64,000 nucleotides of DNA from Thermoplasmatales archaeon (GCA_030672305.1 DAOVGR010000052.1:3961-67960); one strand, 5' to 3'; positions 1 through 11,050 are shown, numbered from the stretch's first letter. Program-made: numbers and translations. The notes: generated from the letters alone by a model not told the origin.

Positions 1-2
1 TT

Positions 3-1619
3 ACACTTGAATATTGGCATGATGTTGGAATCGATGAAATTACCTCACCAACTGGTGAAGGACATCCAAGGGAAGGAGATGAAATTCTTTGGGACAACGG
101 TGTACCCGACGGAAGAAACGGTCTACCAGGTTCAATGTACCAAGGATATAGTAACATAATTATTGATGATTTTTTAGTTAAGGAAGATTGGACAGTCCAA
201 GGTGGACATATTAATTTCGTTTGGAACAGTGGATACACAAGTAACACTGAAACAATAAGGGTGTACTTTTTCCAAGATTTAGGAGATTGTGATCCGTCTC
301 TGGATGAATTTGCTACGACAGAAGCAAACACATTTACAGAAATAGCAACTGGGAATTACTATTTCAGTCGCCCTGAGATAATCGTAGACTTCCTATTAGA
401 CGATGAAATAAAACTTACACCAGGAAAATGGTATGTAGGTATCCAACCAGATGGAATAACTGAAAATATTGCATATCTATTAACAGCTAAAGATAAAGAA
501 TGCATGGTCATGGCAGACCTTCCATATTATGGCTATCCAAGATGGTCAAGCTCTCAATATCTATGGGGTCAAGCATATGACCTTGCATGGCAACTTGATG
601 GTACAACAGGTGGACCTCCAGCAGTTAAAGCTTGGATACAACCTGGAACACAAGACATTGATACAGTTGTGAAAAACTATGGTACATTTATAAAAGAGGA
701 CCTAACTTGTTACGCTGAAATCTGGGAATACATCACAGATCCTGAAAATGGAACAAAAGTCTATACGGATGAAATCGACAATATAGATTTGACAATCCCA
801 CTTGGTGGTAAGCAAGACATACAGTTTGCTGATTTCACATTTGCAGATGAAGGACGCTATGGATTATTCCTTGAATTCCCCGCTGTACCTGATGATGAAG
901 AAAAAAATAATTATGTACGATGGGGAATAGGCGTTGATGATACTCGCCCATATTCATGGATTGAAGAAATTGATCCACCTGAGCCTGATGGTCAAAATGG
1001 TTGGTATATCAGCCCTGCCACAATAACACTGAAAGCAACTGATCCCTGGTCCAATGGAGTATCATCTGGAGTAAAAGAAATCAGATTCACAATAGATGGC
1101 GGAGCTGAACAAGTCATTCCTGGAAATATTGGAAGTATTATATTAACTGAAGATGGCAAAGACATTCTTATTGAATTCTGGGCTGTTGATTGGGTTGGAA
1201 ATGTTGAAACACCAAAGAACCAATTTACATTTGGTGGTATCGATCAAACAGTACCAGAGATATCACTAAGTTACGAGGTAACTAGTGGTAATCCAATAAC
1301 AGGTTGGATATTAACCTTTACAGCAACAGCAATTGATGCAACTAGTGGTATGGACTATGTTGAGTTCTATTTTAATGATCTATTACAAGAAATTATTATG
1401 GGCCCTGGACCAACCTATGAATGGGTTTATACATATTATGGTGGATTAACAGCAATTATAAAAGCAATTGCATATGATAAGGCAGGACTATTTGATTCTG
1501 ATGAAATTAAAGATCCAGTAAGTTCTTCAAACAGTCACACAATAAGTAGCCAAAAAAGTGTTAGCAGAAGTTATCAACAATTTATTAATCCCTTATTTAG
1601 ATTAATTAACAATCGTTAA
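3..1619 (+). CDS. 5'-truncated secreted multidomain protein with Ig-like beta-sandwich domains and a degenerate copy of the island tail
   Basis: Frame 3 is open from the window edge (TLEYWHDVGIDEITSPTGEG precedes the first Met at 135), so the gene starts upstream of the window. Beta-sandwich-like segments are present (GWYISPATITLKATD..VKEIRFTIDGG; TVPEISLSYEV). The C-terminus YQQFINPLFRLINNR weakly resembles the FPILRxL tail. No catalytic motif recognised. Confidence 0.75.
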   Translation, partial: TLEYWHDVGIDEITSPTGEGHPREGDEILWDNGVPDGRNGLPGSMYQGYSNIIIDDFLVKEDWTVQGGHINFVWNSGYTSNTETIRVYFFQDLGDCDPSLDEFATTEANTFTEIATGNYYFSRPEIIVDFLLDDEIKLTPGKWYVGIQPDGITENIAYLLTAKDKECMVMADLPYYGYPRWSSSQYLWGQAYDLAWQLDGTTGGPPAVKAWIQPGTQDIDTVVKNYGTFIKEDLTCYAEIWEYITDPENGTKVYTDEIDNIDLTIPLGGKQDIQFADFTFADEGRYGLFLEFPAVPDDEEKNNYVRWGIGVDDTRPYSWIEEIDPPEPDGQNGWYISPATITLKATDPWSNGVSSGVKEIRFTIDGGAEQVIPGNIGSIILTEDGKDILIEFWAVDWVGNVETPKNQFTFGGIDQTVPEISLSYEVTSGNPITGWILTFTATAIDATSGMDYVEFYFNDLLQEIIMGPGPTYEWVYTYYGGLTAIIKAIAYDKAGLFDSDEIKDPVSSSNSHTISSQKSVSRSYQQFINPLFRLINNR

Positions 1620-1685
1620 TATTATATATATAGTGTCTATTTTCTAATATTATTCTAATGTATTAGCTTGGAGGCAAAAAATAAT

Positions 1686-3506
1686 ATGAATATTAATTTT
1701 TTCAGGAGAATGATTTCAATAATTTTTATAATTATACTTGTTATGATAAGTATAATACCATTTGTTTCTAGTATGTCTATTAAAAGCCATACAAATTTTG
1801 AGAATCAATATGCACCACTTGATATGGATTGGTGGCCAATGTTTCATCATGATGCCGATCAGAATGGCTTTTCAACATCTTCAGCTCCAGAAACAAATAA
1901 TGTTTTATGGTCATATCAGACAGATTATCTAATTACTACTTCACCAAATGTTATAAACGGAAAGGTATACATTGGATCATTGGATAAAAAATTCTACTGT
2001 TTTGATATGATGAATGGTAGTGTTTTATGGAATTTTACCACAAAAGGTCAAATAACAGGCTCTTCAGCAGTCCATGATGGGAAAGTCTACTTTGGATCTC
2101 AAGATTCAAAATTTTATTGTTTGAATGCTGATAACGGCAGTCAAATTTGGAAATTTGATACTAATTTTATGATCGAATCATCACCAACAGTTAAAGATGA
2201 CAAAGTCTTCTTTGGCTCTAGTGATGGTTCTATTTACTGTCTAAATACTAACAATGGAAGTCTAATTTGGGAGTACTCAGTAGGAAATGTAATTTGGACA
2301 GCTCCAGCAATCTCTGATGGAAAATTATACTTTGGTTCACTTAGCGGAGATATTTTTTGTTTAGATATTACAAATGGAGATTTTGTATGGTCATATTCAA
2401 CAACTAGTGGAATATGGTCGTCTCCAGCAATATACGGAGGAAAAGTTTATTTTGGATCAAATGACAATTATGTATATTGTTTAGACGCAGATGACGGAAA
2501 TCTGATATGGAATTATAATACAGAAGGAGAAGTTCATTCTTCACCAGCAATTGCCTATGGAAATGTTTACATTGGCTCAAGCGGTCAAGGTTTGTTTTGT
2601 TTAAATGCAGAAACAGGTGATCTGGTCTGGCAATTTCTGATAAACAATGGAATCTGGTCTTCACCTGCTGTTGCAGATAATAAAGTTTTTTATGGAAATG
2701 ATCCTTGTTGTGGCACTCCTGCTTATTTTCACTGTAGTGATGCATTTACTGGAGATATGATTTGGCAATATAATATCGGTGGGGATATTGGTATGAAATC
2801 ATCTCCAGCTATTGCTGCTGGAAAAGTGTTTATTGGAGCAGGTAATGGCATGGTGTTTGCATTTGGCGGAAATGAACTTTATGCTGATGCTCATGGTTCA
2901 TATGCTGGTGTTGAAAATATACCTATTCAATTTAAAGGCAGTGCTTATGGTGGAAGACCGGATTATTCATGGCATTGGGAGTTTGGTGATGGTGAATCAT
3001 CAGATGAACAAAATCCGGTTCATTCTTATTCTATTGAGGGAAATTATATTGTGACTTTAACAGTTACAGATAATAAAAATAATATAGCAAGTGATGAGAC
3101 TTCAGCAGTAATTAAAGAAGATATTAATTATCCACCTGATACACCAGTTATTGAAGGTCCATCAAATGGTATAATTGGTGAAGAATACACTTATTGTATT
3201 TCAAATATTATTGATCCTAATGGCGATAATATTTTCGTATTTTGGGATTGGGGAGATGGTACAAATAGTGATTGGCTTGGACCATTTGCAAGCGGAGAAA
3301 AAGTATGTGAAAATCACATTTGGAATAAAAAAGGAGATTACACAATTAAGGCAAAACTTAAAGATGTAAATGATGAAGAAAGTGATTGGGGATATCTTGA
3401 AATCACAATGCCAAAATACAGCAGGACATCTTATTTACTATTCCAAAATTGGATAACCCAATTACTAAATGCTTTTCCATTAATAAGACAGTTAATAAAT
3501 CTTTAG
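1686..3506 (+). CDS. Secreted PQQ-like beta-propeller protein + PKD + DWGDG (type A) module + conserved C-terminal tail
   Basis: ATG at 1686 lies 11 nt after GGAGG; the ORF track starts at TTG 1668. Signal anchor MNINFFRRMISIIFIIILVMISIIPFVSS. About 8 repeats of G[KN]VY[FI]GS.D..[FV]YCL[DN]...G...W.[FY], typical of PQQ/BamB-like propellers. Canonical PKD segment (YSWHWEFGDGESSDEQNPVHSY). Type A module (YTYCISNIIDPNGDNIFVFWDWGDGTNSDW). Tail MPKYSRTSYLLFQNWITQLLNAFPLIRQLINL. Confidence 0.9.
   Translation: MNINFFRRMISIIFIIILVMISIIPFVSSMSIKSHTNFENQYAPLDMDWWPMFHHDADQNGFSTSSAPETNNVLWSYQTDYLITTSPNVINGKVYIGSLDKKFYCFDMMNGSVLWNFTTKGQITGSSAVHDGKVYFGSQDSKFYCLNADNGSQIWKFDTNFMIESSPTVKDDKVFFGSSDGSIYCLNTNNGSLIWEYSVGNVIWTAPAISDGKLYFGSLSGDIFCLDITNGDFVWSYSTTSGIWSSPAIYGGKVYFGSNDNYVYCLDADDGNLIWNYNTEGEVHSSPAIAYGNVYIGSSGQGLFCLNAETGDLVWQFLINNGIWSSPAVADNKVFYGNDPCCGTPAYFHCSDAFTGDMIWQYNIGGDIGMKSSPAIAAGKVFIGAGNGMVFAFGGNELYADAHGSYAGVENIPIQFKGSAYGGRPDYSWHWEFGDGESSDEQNPVHSYSIEGNYIVTLTVTDNKNNIASDETSAVIKEDINYPPDTPVIEGPSNGIIGEEYTYCISNIIDPNGDNIFVFWDWGDGTNSDWLGPFASGEKVCENHIWNKKGDYTIKAKLKDVNDEESDWGYLEITMPKYSRTSYLLFQNWITQLLNAFPLIRQLINL
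3408..3503 (+). other. Conserved C-terminal tail (copy in PQQ-propeller protein)
   Basis: MPKYSRTSYLLFQNWITQLLNAFPLIRQLINL-stop. Confidence 0.75.
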
Positions 3507-3586
3507 ATAAACCTTCTACTTTTAGTCTTTTTTTTAGCTATCTAAATAAAATCTATAACACAAAGTATTTATATTTAGCATGAATT

Positions 3587-3605
3587 CGTGTTACACGGTA
3601 ACACG
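3587..3605. promoter_or_regulatory. Perfect 8-bp inverted repeat CGTGTTAC-ACG-GTAACACG between TATA-like box and the beta-helix gene start
   Basis: Read directly. It is GC-richer than its surroundings, lies ~10 nt downstream of GTATTTATATTTA and ends 33 nt upstream of ATG 3638. Confidence 0.45.
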
Positions 3606-3637
3606 ATACATTAATGGGTAATTGTGGGTATTAATAA

Positions 3638-5497
3638 ATGTTAAAAAAAATATATTTGGTAATTGGAGTATTAATCATATTATTTAGTTTGTCCATAACT
3701 AATTCTCCAATATGCCAATCAGTAAAAAATAATAATTCTTACAATTTGAATCTCAATGGAAATATTTGGTATGTAGGCGGAAATGGATCGGGTAACTTTA
3801 CAAAAATTCAAGATGCAATAGAAAATGCAAGTGATAGTGATATTGTCTTTGTTTTGAATGAATCATCTCCATATTATGAACATGTATTTATTAACAAATC
3901 AATAAATCTAATAGGAGAAGACAAAGATTCGACAGTTATAAATGGAAATAATATTGGAAGTGTTATAACAATTACTAAAGATAATGTGACAATAAACGGA
4001 TTTACTATAGAAAAAAGTGGAGATGATTATTTTAATCGAGATTCAGGTATTTTTTTACTTTCAGATGATAACAAAATAACTGATAATAATTTAATTATTA
4101 ACCAGTATGGCATATTTTTTCTATCAGGTAAAAGAAATATAATAATAAATAATACAATTAATTATAACGAATATGGAATCTGTCTTTATGATTCCTCAAC
4201 TGAAAATTTCATCTCAGGAAATACATTAGAAAGTTGGACCTTTGATTTTAACATATACATAAGGAAGAACTGTAATAATAATACTATTTTTAATAATATT
4301 TTGACTAATTATGATGGTCATGGCATTTATATTTATGAATCAGATGATAATAATATATCAAAAAACACAATAATTGATTGTGAGATTGGGATTTCATTAT
4401 ATCAATCTAATAGCTCAGTGATTACCAATAATTATTTTCAAAATGAAGAAGATGGACTATTTATATCACAATCTACAAGAAACATAGTCTCAGAAAACAT
4501 ATTTGTTGATGATGGTTTATTTATATATGATTCATTTAACAATGAAGTGACGAATAATATTGTTAATGGTAAACCATTGATATATCTTGAAAATATTTCA
4601 AATAAAACTATCTCTGATAATCCAGGGCAAATTCTGCTTATAAATTGTGAAAATATCATCATTCAAGGAAAAAATATAATTAATACTAATATAGCAATTG
4701 AGCTGTGGGGTTCAAATAATTGTTTTATATCGGAAAATAACTTATCCTGGAATCGTCGAGATATCTATCTTCATGATTCAGATTTTAATGTTATCAAAGA
4801 TAATGAAATAAAAATTGATAAAGGAATTATCTTTATGCAGACTTTAGCATTAAAAAATTGTATTGGTAATAAAATTATTGGTAATGATTTTTTAATAAAC
4901 CATGATTATACCTATATAAAATTAGAAAAATCTCAAGAAAATCTCATCTCTAAAAACACAATTACAAGTATTCCAGAAGAGATTGCGGTTAGGTTAATCT
5001 TAACAAAAGCAAATAATAATACTGTGGAGAAGAACATATTTAACTCTGCAGCAATTAGTTTAAGTATTAGTCATTATAACACCATTGATAATAACATCTT
5101 TAATTGCGGCTGTATACAAATTCATTGGTCAATGGGAAATAAAATTTCTGACAATCAAATAACTGCTAATTTTGATGTTTGTGGTATTCCAATGGAAGGC
5201 TCTTTTGAAAATATTATTTGTAGAAACACAATTGAAGATTGTAATGGTGCTTTTTTACTCACAGATTCTCTAAGAAATGTAATCAAGAAGAATAATATAA
5301 TCAATTGTGGAAATATTCCTGCATTGTTTAGTAATTCACTTCGCAATAAATGGTGGCGTAATTACTGGGGACACCCAATGCTTAGGCCAAAAATAATACC
5401 AGGGGAAATTAGAATTTCTAGATACTATAAACCAGATTTAGTAATTCCTGTTTTTAATGTTGATTTGTTTCCAAAGCAAATTCCCTATATTTTATGA
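3638..5497 (+). CDS. Secreted right-handed parallel beta-helix repeat protein (NosD/pectate-lyase-like fold)
   Basis: Signal peptide MLKKIYLVIGVLIILFSLSITNS. Many ~22-aa repeats of the form N.I..N.....GI.L..S..N.I..N. No island tail. Confidence 0.85.
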   Translation: MLKKIYLVIGVLIILFSLSITNSPICQSVKNNNSYNLNLNGNIWYVGGNGSGNFTKIQDAIENASDSDIVFVLNESSPYYEHVFINKSINLIGEDKDSTVINGNNIGSVITITKDNVTINGFTIEKSGDDYFNRDSGIFLLSDDNKITDNNLIINQYGIFFLSGKRNIIINNTINYNEYGICLYDSSTENFISGNTLESWTFDFNIYIRKNCNNNTIFNNILTNYDGHGIYIYESDDNNISKNTIIDCEIGISLYQSNSSVITNNYFQNEEDGLFISQSTRNIVSENIFVDDGLFIYDSFNNEVTNNIVNGKPLIYLENISNKTISDNPGQILLINCENIIIQGKNIINTNIAIELWGSNNCFISENNLSWNRRDIYLHDSDFNVIKDNEIKIDKGIIFMQTLALKNCIGNKIIGNDFLINHDYTYIKLEKSQENLISKNTITSIPEEIAVRLILTKANNNTVEKNIFNSAAISLSISHYNTIDNNIFNCGCIQIHWSMGNKISDNQITANFDVCGIPMEGSFENIICRNTIEDCNGAFLLTDSLRNVIKKNNIINCGNIPALFSNSLRNKWWRNYWGHPMLRPKIIPGEIRISRYYKPDLVIPVFNVDLFPKQIPYIL

Positions 5498-5584
5498 TTA
5501 TTATAACCTACTGCTATAGTTACGAAAAATTTTTAACATTTGAAAATAAAAATATATATATACTAAATAAAAATTTATTATACT

Positions 5585-7024
5585 ATGTTTAAGGAAGTCA
5601 GGCCAACATTTATAGTGTTTTCATTATTAATTATACTGACTACTGGAATAACAAGTGCTTACAGTGAAATAGATTTTATTTTACCTGAGTGGGGTGGTGG
5701 TATGGCTCACAGCGATCCTAGTCTTTCGGATTATATTTCATTACCTGTTCCAAAAAATAATGTAAAAATTCTATGGCATCGAAGTGAACTTTTAGGGGAA
5801 AAAGCAGGTGCAAAAGGAAATGCAATTGCTGGAAATGGTGAAATTGCAGCGTGTACTTTTGCAGGGTTTGAAGATAATCTTGTCATTTATGATTATGAAG
5901 GGAATCGATTATGGTCATCAGGTGATTTGCTAAATGTTTACGCATTTTTTTCAGCACCAATGGTTGATATTCATGGCCAGGTTATTGCATGTGATAATCG
6001 TGTTGTAATTAAAGTTGATACATTTGATTGCGATAATGATAGTGAAATTGTTGAATGGATCTCAGAAATCCCCTTTGGTGGAATACCATTTAGTCCAGTT
6101 ATAACAGAAGATGGTACATTAATTATTGCTACAGATCGAGGTCCTATCTATGCATATAATATAAGCGATGGATCCCTTATTGGTTGGAAGTTTTTAGGTG
6201 AAGATGAAAAAATTCATCCACTATATCGTATATTAAATATTGATGATCCAGGATTTTTTTCAACAATAAACACACCTTGTGTTAATGGAAATCGAATATA
6301 CATTTCAACTCAATATAAAGGACCAAGAGGAAGACCGACACTACTTCATCATGCCCGTCTTTATGCTGTTGACATTGATTCAAAAAATCCAAACATTGAA
6401 AATCGGTTAAATGAAACCTGGTATTTTGAATTTGGTGGACCCAGCCAAGCAAGTCCTACACTAATTGATGAAACAATATATTTTGATGGATATAGAGAGA
6501 AACCAAGTTTGGCCAGGGATATACACTTATTTGCAATAACTGACAAAGGTAATTATTGGGAAGAAGAATGGAGGATGGAGTATCCCTTACAAACCTATGC
6601 ATCTTTTGCAATTGATCCAAGAGGAGGTTTCTGGTATATAGATCCCTTTGGTGGAAAATTAGTTCATTTTTCAACTATTAATGGTAGTATTATTGAAGAA
6701 ATTATTATTGATGATCTTATTAATGAAAATGGAAAACATTTACCTTCATCAGTTATGACTATTGCTGGAAATGATACGAATCCTGTGCTATTAGTTTCAG
6801 CATCTGCCCTTAGACCGGTTATATCTAATAGTTATGTTATTGCTATTAATCTAGAAGCAAATAATTCCTTACTTTGGAAGGTTAAATTGTTTGAAGGTTT
6901 TTTTATATCAATGGATTTAGCATTTGGTCAATACACAATTTTAATGAAAGATAATAGACCACGAGTGGTTTTTGGTAGTTTCCGTGATGGTGTATGGGCT
7001 ATTGGTAGTGAAGATAATAACTAG
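5585..7024 (+). CDS. Secreted hypothetical protein, possibly beta-propeller
   Basis: Signal peptide MFKEVRPTFIVFSLLIILTTGITSAYS. Weak PQQ-like repeats (LVIYDYEGNRLWSSG, IYAYNISDGSLIGWKF, LYAVDIDSKN). No tail. Confidence 0.7.
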   Translation: MFKEVRPTFIVFSLLIILTTGITSAYSEIDFILPEWGGGMAHSDPSLSDYISLPVPKNNVKILWHRSELLGEKAGAKGNAIAGNGEIAACTFAGFEDNLVIYDYEGNRLWSSGDLLNVYAFFSAPMVDIHGQVIACDNRVVIKVDTFDCDNDSEIVEWISEIPFGGIPFSPVITEDGTLIIATDRGPIYAYNISDGSLIGWKFLGEDEKIHPLYRILNIDDPGFFSTINTPCVNGNRIYISTQYKGPRGRPTLLHHARLYAVDIDSKNPNIENRLNETWYFEFGGPSQASPTLIDETIYFDGYREKPSLARDIHLFAITDKGNYWEEEWRMEYPLQTYASFAIDPRGGFWYIDPFGGKLVHFSTINGSIIEEIIIDDLINENGKHLPSSVMTIAGNDTNPVLLVSASALRPVISNSYVIAINLEANNSLLWKVKLFEGFFISMDLAFGQYTILMKDNRPRVVFGSFRDGVWAIGSEDNN

Positions 7025-7099
7025 GTGTAAACAAAATTTTAGCTGATAACTCTAAATAATAGATATGTTTTTTAAAAATGATGATTTTATGGTACTGCT

Positions 7100-7528
7100 A
7101 TGATTGAAAATCAAACTAGGTTTCATAAAATTATTAATAATATCGAATTCAGGATTATAAGAACTGATGATAAGTGTTGGATAAAAGTTGCTCCTTTAGT
7201 TCGAGTATCCATGCCATCTAGTCTGCATTTTATACTGAATGATGAATGTTACAATTGGGATATTTATGATAAAAAAGGAATAGAAACCTATGAAATATTT
7301 TTTGAAGGATCTAACTGTAATCCTAGTTTTTATCTTAATTCAGAAGGAAAAAATTACAGAATCGATTTTAATGATGACGGTATTAAGATAAATTCAATAA
7401 TTGATATTCATAAACAAGATAATTACATAAAGGAAAATTGTAATTGTAATTCTTCTGATTCTTCTTGTTGGGCAAAAGCTGTTTATTACACTAGTAGACC
7501 TGATAAACCACCCTTTGATGAAATGTAA
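7100..7528 (+). CDS. Hypothetical protein
   Basis: ORF only; no signal peptide or recognisable motif. Confidence 0.45.
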   Translation: MIENQTRFHKIINNIEFRIIRTDDKCWIKVAPLVRVSMPSSLHFILNDECYNWDIYDKKGIETYEIFFEGSNCNPSFYLNSEGKNYRIDFNDDGIKINSIIDIHKQDNYIKENCNCNSSDSSCWAKAVYYTSRPDKPPFDEM

Positions 7529-7681
7529 AATTTTAATTGCCCAAGATATAAGCAATGCTATTATTCTTGTTTATTCACATTTTATGTAGGTTAATCTAAT
7601 TATACATAAAATTTATTTATAAGTATGATTATAATTATAACCTAGATTGTATTAAAATTTGTAAATTGGGGGAATATCTAA

Positions 7682-10519
7682 TTGAAGCTAATATTTACTA
7701 TTATATTATCGGTTTGTCTAATTCTCCCAGGATTGACTAACTCTGCATATTCCTTAAATGATTTTACAATTGAAAATAAAGCAATTGTTGGAAGAATCGC
7801 AAATGAAATTGAAATTCAAGCTGAATCTGATTATTATGTTAAGTTTGATTTAGATAATTTATCCTTAGAGGAACAATATATCACTGCTTATACTTCTGAT
7901 TTATCTGAAAAAATCAAGGAAGCTATTGCTAAATCACCCAAATGGATTCAAAGAAAGCTTGCAAGGCAGTTCCATGGAATTGACGGAGATATGTATGCAG
8001 ATTTAATACTTGATACAAGCAAGAAATATGTAGATGAAATTGCTTTTACTATTGCCTGTTCATCAATTGGTAATGTTCCACCTGTTGATTTATTGAAGAA
8101 TAATATACTGATTCTTTACGAAAATGATGAATGGATTAATTATGCAGATATTATTGATTATGATGATGGTCAAGGTAACTATTATTCAACAATAAGGTAC
8201 TTGGTTCTTGAAAATGACATTGAAAAACAGTTTGAATATTCGCCTGAAATATATTATTGGTATGTTGTCCATCCAGAAATAGCAAGTGAAAATGCTGAAT
8301 ATGTTTATGATGAGTTTTGGAGGAGCTATCTATTTAATCATAATGATATTGGTTATCCTCTTCTTAAAGAAAAACTATCAGAGATAAACTATCTGTGGGA
8401 TTGTAAGTCTTACACTCAATATGGCCAGCGTCTATGGACTTGGAGTATAGATAATCATCCAACAGCAATCGAAGCAATTAGTTATTGGATTGGTAAAACC
8501 GTTCCAGCACAAGCAATTGGTGACAGACCAGGTCAGCCAAATATTATCGCTCATGAGCATAACGGTTGGTGTGGAGAGCTTCAGAAATTAGCAGTTGCAG
8601 CTCAGAGGACTTCTCTAATACCCTCTGTAGGAGTTTCTAATATCGGAGAGGATCATGCTTGGCGTGAATTCTATGAAAGAGGATGGCATCAGAATGACAA
8701 TTGGTGGTCTGATAGTGGAGGGACTGTTGATATTCCAGATGTTTATACTTATGGATGGGGTAAGGATATGTCAAGTGTATTTGCTTGGAAAGGTGACGAT
8801 AGTATCTATGAGGTCACTCCAACTTATATTCATTCTGAGGATAGAAAAACAATTTCCTTCCAAGTTATGGATAGATTTTTCAAACCTGTTGACGGTGCAA
8901 GAGTAACTGTTGCGGTTTGGGGTCCAAATGATATAACCTGGTTAAAGTTCAGATTTTTTGAAAAACTTCAAAGTATTTGGGACTCAATTCCTCCCGTATT
9001 ACAAGGTAAAATTATTCAGTTTTTTTTCAATAAAATATATGAAAGAATAGACAAGATTCCCGACTCTGTTGATGGACCTATCTATAGCATATGGAATTAT
9101 ACAGATATCGATGGAAGATGCATCTTTGAACTAGGCCAAAACCGAAGTTATATATTCATTATACAATATGGAAATCTTAAGAAACCATTAGGTCTTGCTA
9201 GATATAATAAAATACGAACATTAAAAAATCCAGTTGATAAAAATTATAATATTTGGTTACCTGTGCTTTCACCTATCAAAAAGAAATATTCTGATACAGA
9301 AATGCCTGAAGGAGATATTGATTTCAGGATTTCATTTGACACAATGTCATATCAGATTCATGAAAGTATTTTATGGATAGATGATAAAGGTGTATATGAC
9401 AGAGATGGGAAGGTAGATTTCTTCATTGTTGATGAAGAAAATTTTAATAAATATAGTGACGGTAAGAGATTTAATTGTTATAATTTCTTAAATTGTATAA
9501 AAAGTGATTTTATTGTTCATGCAAAGGAAAATGACTGGTATCTTGTATTTAGAAACAAAGCTCGAAATAGTAATGTTATTCTAAATTATTCAATAACAGT
9601 AGAAACATCTACTAATGATGATAAAGTACAGATTGTCTATCCAGATACAAATATTTTTGAAAGACCTATTTTCAATATTGGTGATACAATTCTAATTAAT
9701 GGTATAGCAACTGATGATATTTCTATTAATATCAATGGAAGTTCTTATGGAGTTTTAATTGAGAATTATGAATGGTCATTTGAATGGAACACAGCAAAAC
9801 TTGAACCAGGAGATTATTCACTAATTGCAGAATGTAATGATATACAAGATGAGGTTCTTATAAAATTAATTGATAAGATTCCTCCAGAAATAAAAATTGA
9901 CTCACATTCAGATGGCGAGATTGTTGAAAAAAAGATATTAACGATCGAAGGGCAAGCCTTAGATAACCAAGATATTGAAATGATCGAAGTATCATTTGAT
10001 TATGGTGAATGGAAAAAGGCAATTGGAACAGATCATTGGTCTATAGATTGGGATATTACCAATTTTGATATTGGAGACCACATACTATCAGCAAGAGCTA
10101 CAGACACTGTGGGTGGCATTTCAACACATAAAATATCTCTTATTATAAATGAAAGTGGTCATAACTGGACACCAATTATTAACAGTTTTTATCACAAACC
10201 TGATGGTCCAACAAATGTAAGTAACTTAGTGATATTTTCAAATGTAACTAAAGGTAGTCCATTTGACATAAAAAAAGTTATATTATTTTGGGATAATGGA
10301 ACAGTAGAAAAATCAACAGATATGTTCAGATATGCCGATAATCCTGTTCAAAAAAGACATGATGAAGATCCATTGAATAATGAGTCAAACGATCCTATAT
10401 TTGGACTGGAGCTTGGACAGTTCCCAAATAATACTACTATTAATTATTGGATTAAAGCAATTGATACTGCAAATAATACGATAACTTCTGAAAAGAAATC
10501 TTTTACAATAATAGGCTAA
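7682..10519 (+). CDS. Secreted transglutaminase-like (Cys-His-Asp core) protein with C-terminal Ig-like domains
   Basis: TTG start 8 nt after GGGGG, and the signal peptide begins at once (KLIFTIILSVCLILPGLTNSAYS). Transglutaminase core NGWCGELQKLAVAAQR ... EDHAWREFYERGWHQND. Ig-like segments near the C-terminus. Confidence 0.85.
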   Translation: MKLIFTIILSVCLILPGLTNSAYSLNDFTIENKAIVGRIANEIEIQAESDYYVKFDLDNLSLEEQYITAYTSDLSEKIKEAIAKSPKWIQRKLARQFHGIDGDMYADLILDTSKKYVDEIAFTIACSSIGNVPPVDLLKNNILILYENDEWINYADIIDYDDGQGNYYSTIRYLVLENDIEKQFEYSPEIYYWYVVHPEIASENAEYVYDEFWRSYLFNHNDIGYPLLKEKLSEINYLWDCKSYTQYGQRLWTWSIDNHPTAIEAISYWIGKTVPAQAIGDRPGQPNIIAHEHNGWCGELQKLAVAAQRTSLIPSVGVSNIGEDHAWREFYERGWHQNDNWWSDSGGTVDIPDVYTYGWGKDMSSVFAWKGDDSIYEVTPTYIHSEDRKTISFQVMDRFFKPVDGARVTVAVWGPNDITWLKFRFFEKLQSIWDSIPPVLQGKIIQFFFNKIYERIDKIPDSVDGPIYSIWNYTDIDGRCIFELGQNRSYIFIIQYGNLKKPLGLARYNKIRTLKNPVDKNYNIWLPVLSPIKKKYSDTEMPEGDIDFRISFDTMSYQIHESILWIDDKGVYDRDGKVDFFIVDEENFNKYSDGKRFNCYNFLNCIKSDFIVHAKENDWYLVFRNKARNSNVILNYSITVETSTNDDKVQIVYPDTNIFERPIFNIGDTILINGIATDDISININGSSYGVLIENYEWSFEWNTAKLEPGDYSLIAECNDIQDEVLIKLIDKIPPEIKIDSHSDGEIVEKKILTIEGQALDNQDIEMIEVSFDYGEWKKAIGTDHWSIDWDITNFDIGDHILSARATDTVGGISTHKISLIINESGHNWTPIINSFYHKPDGPTNVSNLVIFSNVTKGSPFDIKKVILFWDNGTVEKSTDMFRYADNPVQKRHDEDPLNNESNDPIFGLELGQFPNNTTINYWIKAIDTANNTITSEKKSFTIIG

Positions 10520-10582
10520 TTATATTGAAATTACATCATAAGATAAAGATTTATTAATAGCATTTTCTTATTGATAATTGAA

Positions 10583-11047
10583 ATGGAAATAGCAACTTTT
10601 GGAGCAGGATGTTTCTGGGGAGTAGAAGCAACATTTCAAAAATTAAAAGGTGTATTAAAGACAACTGTTGGATATATGGGTGGTAATCTAAAAAATCCCA
10701 CCTATGAACAGGTATGCACAGATAAAACAGGACATGCCGAGGTAATAGAAATTGAATATGATGAAGAACAAATTACATATGAAAAATTACTTGAAATTTT
10801 CTGGGAGATTCATGATCCAACACAACTAAACAGGCAAGGAGCAGATATCGGAAAGCATTACAGATCAGTAATATTTTACCAAAATGATTTGCAAAAAAAT
10901 CTTGCAGAGGAATCAAAAAAACAAATTCAAAAAAAATTTGATAAAAAAATTGCTACCGAAATTATACCTGCAAAAAAAATTTATCCAGCCGAAGAATATC
11001 ATCAAAAATATCTACAAAAACAAGGTAGGGCTTCTTGCAGATTATAA
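10583..11047 (+). CDS. msrA: Peptide-methionine (S)-S-oxide reductase
   Basis: GAGCFWGVE active-site motif, HAEV, YHQKYL. ATG 10583 preferred over TTG 10571. Confidence 0.93.
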   Translation: MEIATFGAGCFWGVEATFQKLKGVLKTTVGYMGGNLKNPTYEQVCTDKTGHAEVIEIEYDEEQITYEKLLEIFWEIHDPTQLNRQGADIGKHYRSVIFYQNDLQKNLAEESKKQIQKKFDKKIATEIIPAKKIYPAEEYHQKYLQKQGRASCRL

Positions 11048-11050
11048 GTT

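Noticed and set aside
2404-2745. Numerous 60-110 aa ORFs nested in or antisense to large genes. Examples: 2404-2745, 2812-3054, 4438-4662, 8655-8906, 12089-12313, 16752-17030, 18810-19073, 20965-21288, 21930-22208, 42829-43122, 45044-45367, 58683-58979, 61188-61460.
   Set aside because: All lie entirely inside longer ORFs that have clear homology or signal peptides. Their low-complexity translations are typical of AT-rich off-frame sequence.
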